64,000 nucleotides of DNA from Phyllosticta citribraziliensis (lineage: Eukaryota). Within the stretch, counting starts at the first letter, position 1. Each line of letters begins with the position of its first letter. Shown here in pieces: positions 62,477-64,000 of the stretch. The position numbers were made by a program, and so were the translations under genes. The stretch spans positions 1,240,001 to 1,304,000 of the forward strand of contig NW_027117348.1 in the NCBI RefSeq assembly GCF_038025025.1, given 5' to 3'. The notes below the pieces were generated by a model. It saw only the letters and a list, made by a program, of their open reading frames with translations, did no database searches and was not told the DNA's origin.

Positions 62477-63765
62477 TTAGGCGTCCTCTCCACCTGGAGT
62501 GTAGGATTTGGGGTATCTGAAACCGACATCGAGTGGACGCGGCGACGACTTGGGCCTAGCAAGGGCGACGATCCAGTCCTCCTCGCTCAACTTCAGGTTG
62601 CCTGGGGCCGGCATATGCCCTTTGATGCTGAGCGCTCTGACAGTGCGTTGCAGCGCTTCCGTCTTTGCTTTCCAACGGTCGGCCGTTTCTTTCCAAAATT
62701 CGACCTCCCTGGCCTTTTCTGCTCCGACTATCCTTTCTTGGACGTGCAGTCTGTTCATGCGCTCCCGCTGTCCCTCGTAGCAGTCATTCAGCACGCTCCA
62801 TCTGTCGTCGGCCGGAAATGTAACCGCTGTAGCGAAGACTTTTACTTTGAACGCTTGGTTCAATGCCCTGGTAGTTTCTTGTTCCGTGGCTAGCTTCTGA
62901 CCCAGTTGTGTTGTCTTCGCGCGCTCGGCAATCAACTCATCACGAAGTTCCTTGCACTTGACATCGACATCCTTGTGCTCGTTCTTGAGCTTTTCGTGAG
63001 ACTCCCGCTCCGTGTGGAGTTCTTCCTCAACCTGGGAAACTTGTTTCGACTGAGCCGTGAGGTAGTCAAGCGCTGGTCGGTCCGTTTGCGTTCGCGCTCC
63101 TCTAAGTCACATTGAAACTTGGTGCAGTACGTGTGGTATCGATATTTGAACTTCTGCTCCTCCTCCTCTCGTATATTGTCCCTTTGCTGTTCCAGCTTGT
63201 CGTTGTACTGTCTTTTGCAAATTGCCTCGGCATCTTTAAGCTGCTTGTGGGACTGCTGTCTGAACGACTCTTTGAGGTTCATTCTCCATCGCTTCTGAAC
63301 CTTTGTGTTCTGGGCGTCCTTCTTGCGAAGAAAGGCCTCCATTTGGTTGTGGACCATGTCTTTCAGCCGGGCGTTTTCCTTTTCGAGTTGTTCGCAGCGC
63401 GTGGCATTCGACGAGTGTTCCAGGGCCTTCTCTAGCTGAGGGGCATCATTCCTCGCTTCCATGCCCACCATGGCCACGCTTGAGCTCGTTTGCTCTATCG
63501 CGGCCAGCCCTTCGACAGAAAAGGTTTCTTCGGCGGTCAAGCGCTTAGTGCCAGGCCTTCCGCCCTCAAGCACCCTCTGAGTGGCAATTATTTCGTTGTG
63601 GCCACGGGATCCGGGAAACCGTGGCGGAAGCCCAGCATCATCGGCCTCTTCCTGAATGGTAGCCAAGGGTTCGCGTTCTCGCGGGCAAAGATGCGGAAAG
63701 GTCATCATGCGGCGAGCAAAGCGAGAAAAATTTAGGGGACGAGGCTCCTTGTTTTGGTTAGTCAA
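62477..63765 (-). CDS. Orphan coiled-coil protein interrupted by an apparent frameshift near 63070; 5' end uncertain
   Basis: Heptad-like LEERERKRTDQ in one frame continues as ALDYLTAQSKQVSQVEEELHTERESHEKL..ELIAERAKTTQL..LATEQETTRAL in the adjacent frame. Confidence 0.55.
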
Positions 63766-63876
63766 GATGGTCGATTTCGTGGCTGGTGTGTGTGCGCGTT
63801 GCTGAGAGTAGGAGTGGCAGTCACCACAGTGTCAATACTGGCGCCTTCTATTGCGCCCGCCGCAGAATAAGTTCGT

Positions 63877-63913
63877 TTTGGTGCAGAAAACAACATTTGG
63901 TGCAGAAAACAAC
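63877..63913. repeat. 18-bp direct repeat TTTGGTGCAGAAAACAAC x2
   Basis: Copies at 63877-63894 and 63896-63913. Confidence 0.8.
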
Positions 63914-64000
63914 CAAATGCACTCACGCCATCATCGCGGACTACATTGAGGCCTACAAGTGCTGGTGCTTGATTGAAGCCGGAAAGTCTGGGAGCCGGCG

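Noticed and set aside
1..64000. Transposons, RIP-degraded AT-rich blocks, tRNA or rRNA genes
   Set aside because: I recognised no transposase, RT or integrase motifs, terminal repeats, long TpA-rich tracts or cloverleaf patterns by eye. tRNAscan-SE, Infernal and RepeatMasker would be needed to exclude them.

Overview
Eukaryotic, intron-containing DNA from a filamentous ascomycete (GT-AG introns of about 45-100 nt with CTRAC/CTAAY branch sites). A Dothideomycete-like plant-associated fungus is my inference, not a determination. Blocks of conserved housekeeping genes (asparagine synthetase, VAP/Scs2, UBA-UBX, Nop15, SMN, Coa1, SERF, Vtc1, Tctex-1, Coq2, a DMM-1-like JmjC gene) alternate with accessory blocks. 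The main accessory feature is a family of nine divergent BTB/POZ-type loci: one dispersed copy plus two same-strand tandem sub-arrays at 37.3-42.9 kb and 51.7-55.7 kb. The eight full-length loci all carry a phase-2 intron just before the BTB domain. One has an in-frame TAG and the ninth is an orphan C-terminal half. The sub-arrays are separated by an ABCB/MDR transporter and a convergent Zn2Cys6 regulator, and the transporter's upstream region carries three exact copies of a 16-bp CGG-containing motif. Also notable are a ~2,400-aa secreted mucin-like protein (central DHxY(D/E) domain plus three intron-conserved Cys-rich tandem units) next to a pectin lyase, and a 79-aa beta-repeat microprotein next to an ankyrin gene. 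I recognised no tRNA, rRNA, CRISPR array or intact transposon. All exon boundaries were read by eye and no database searches were run.
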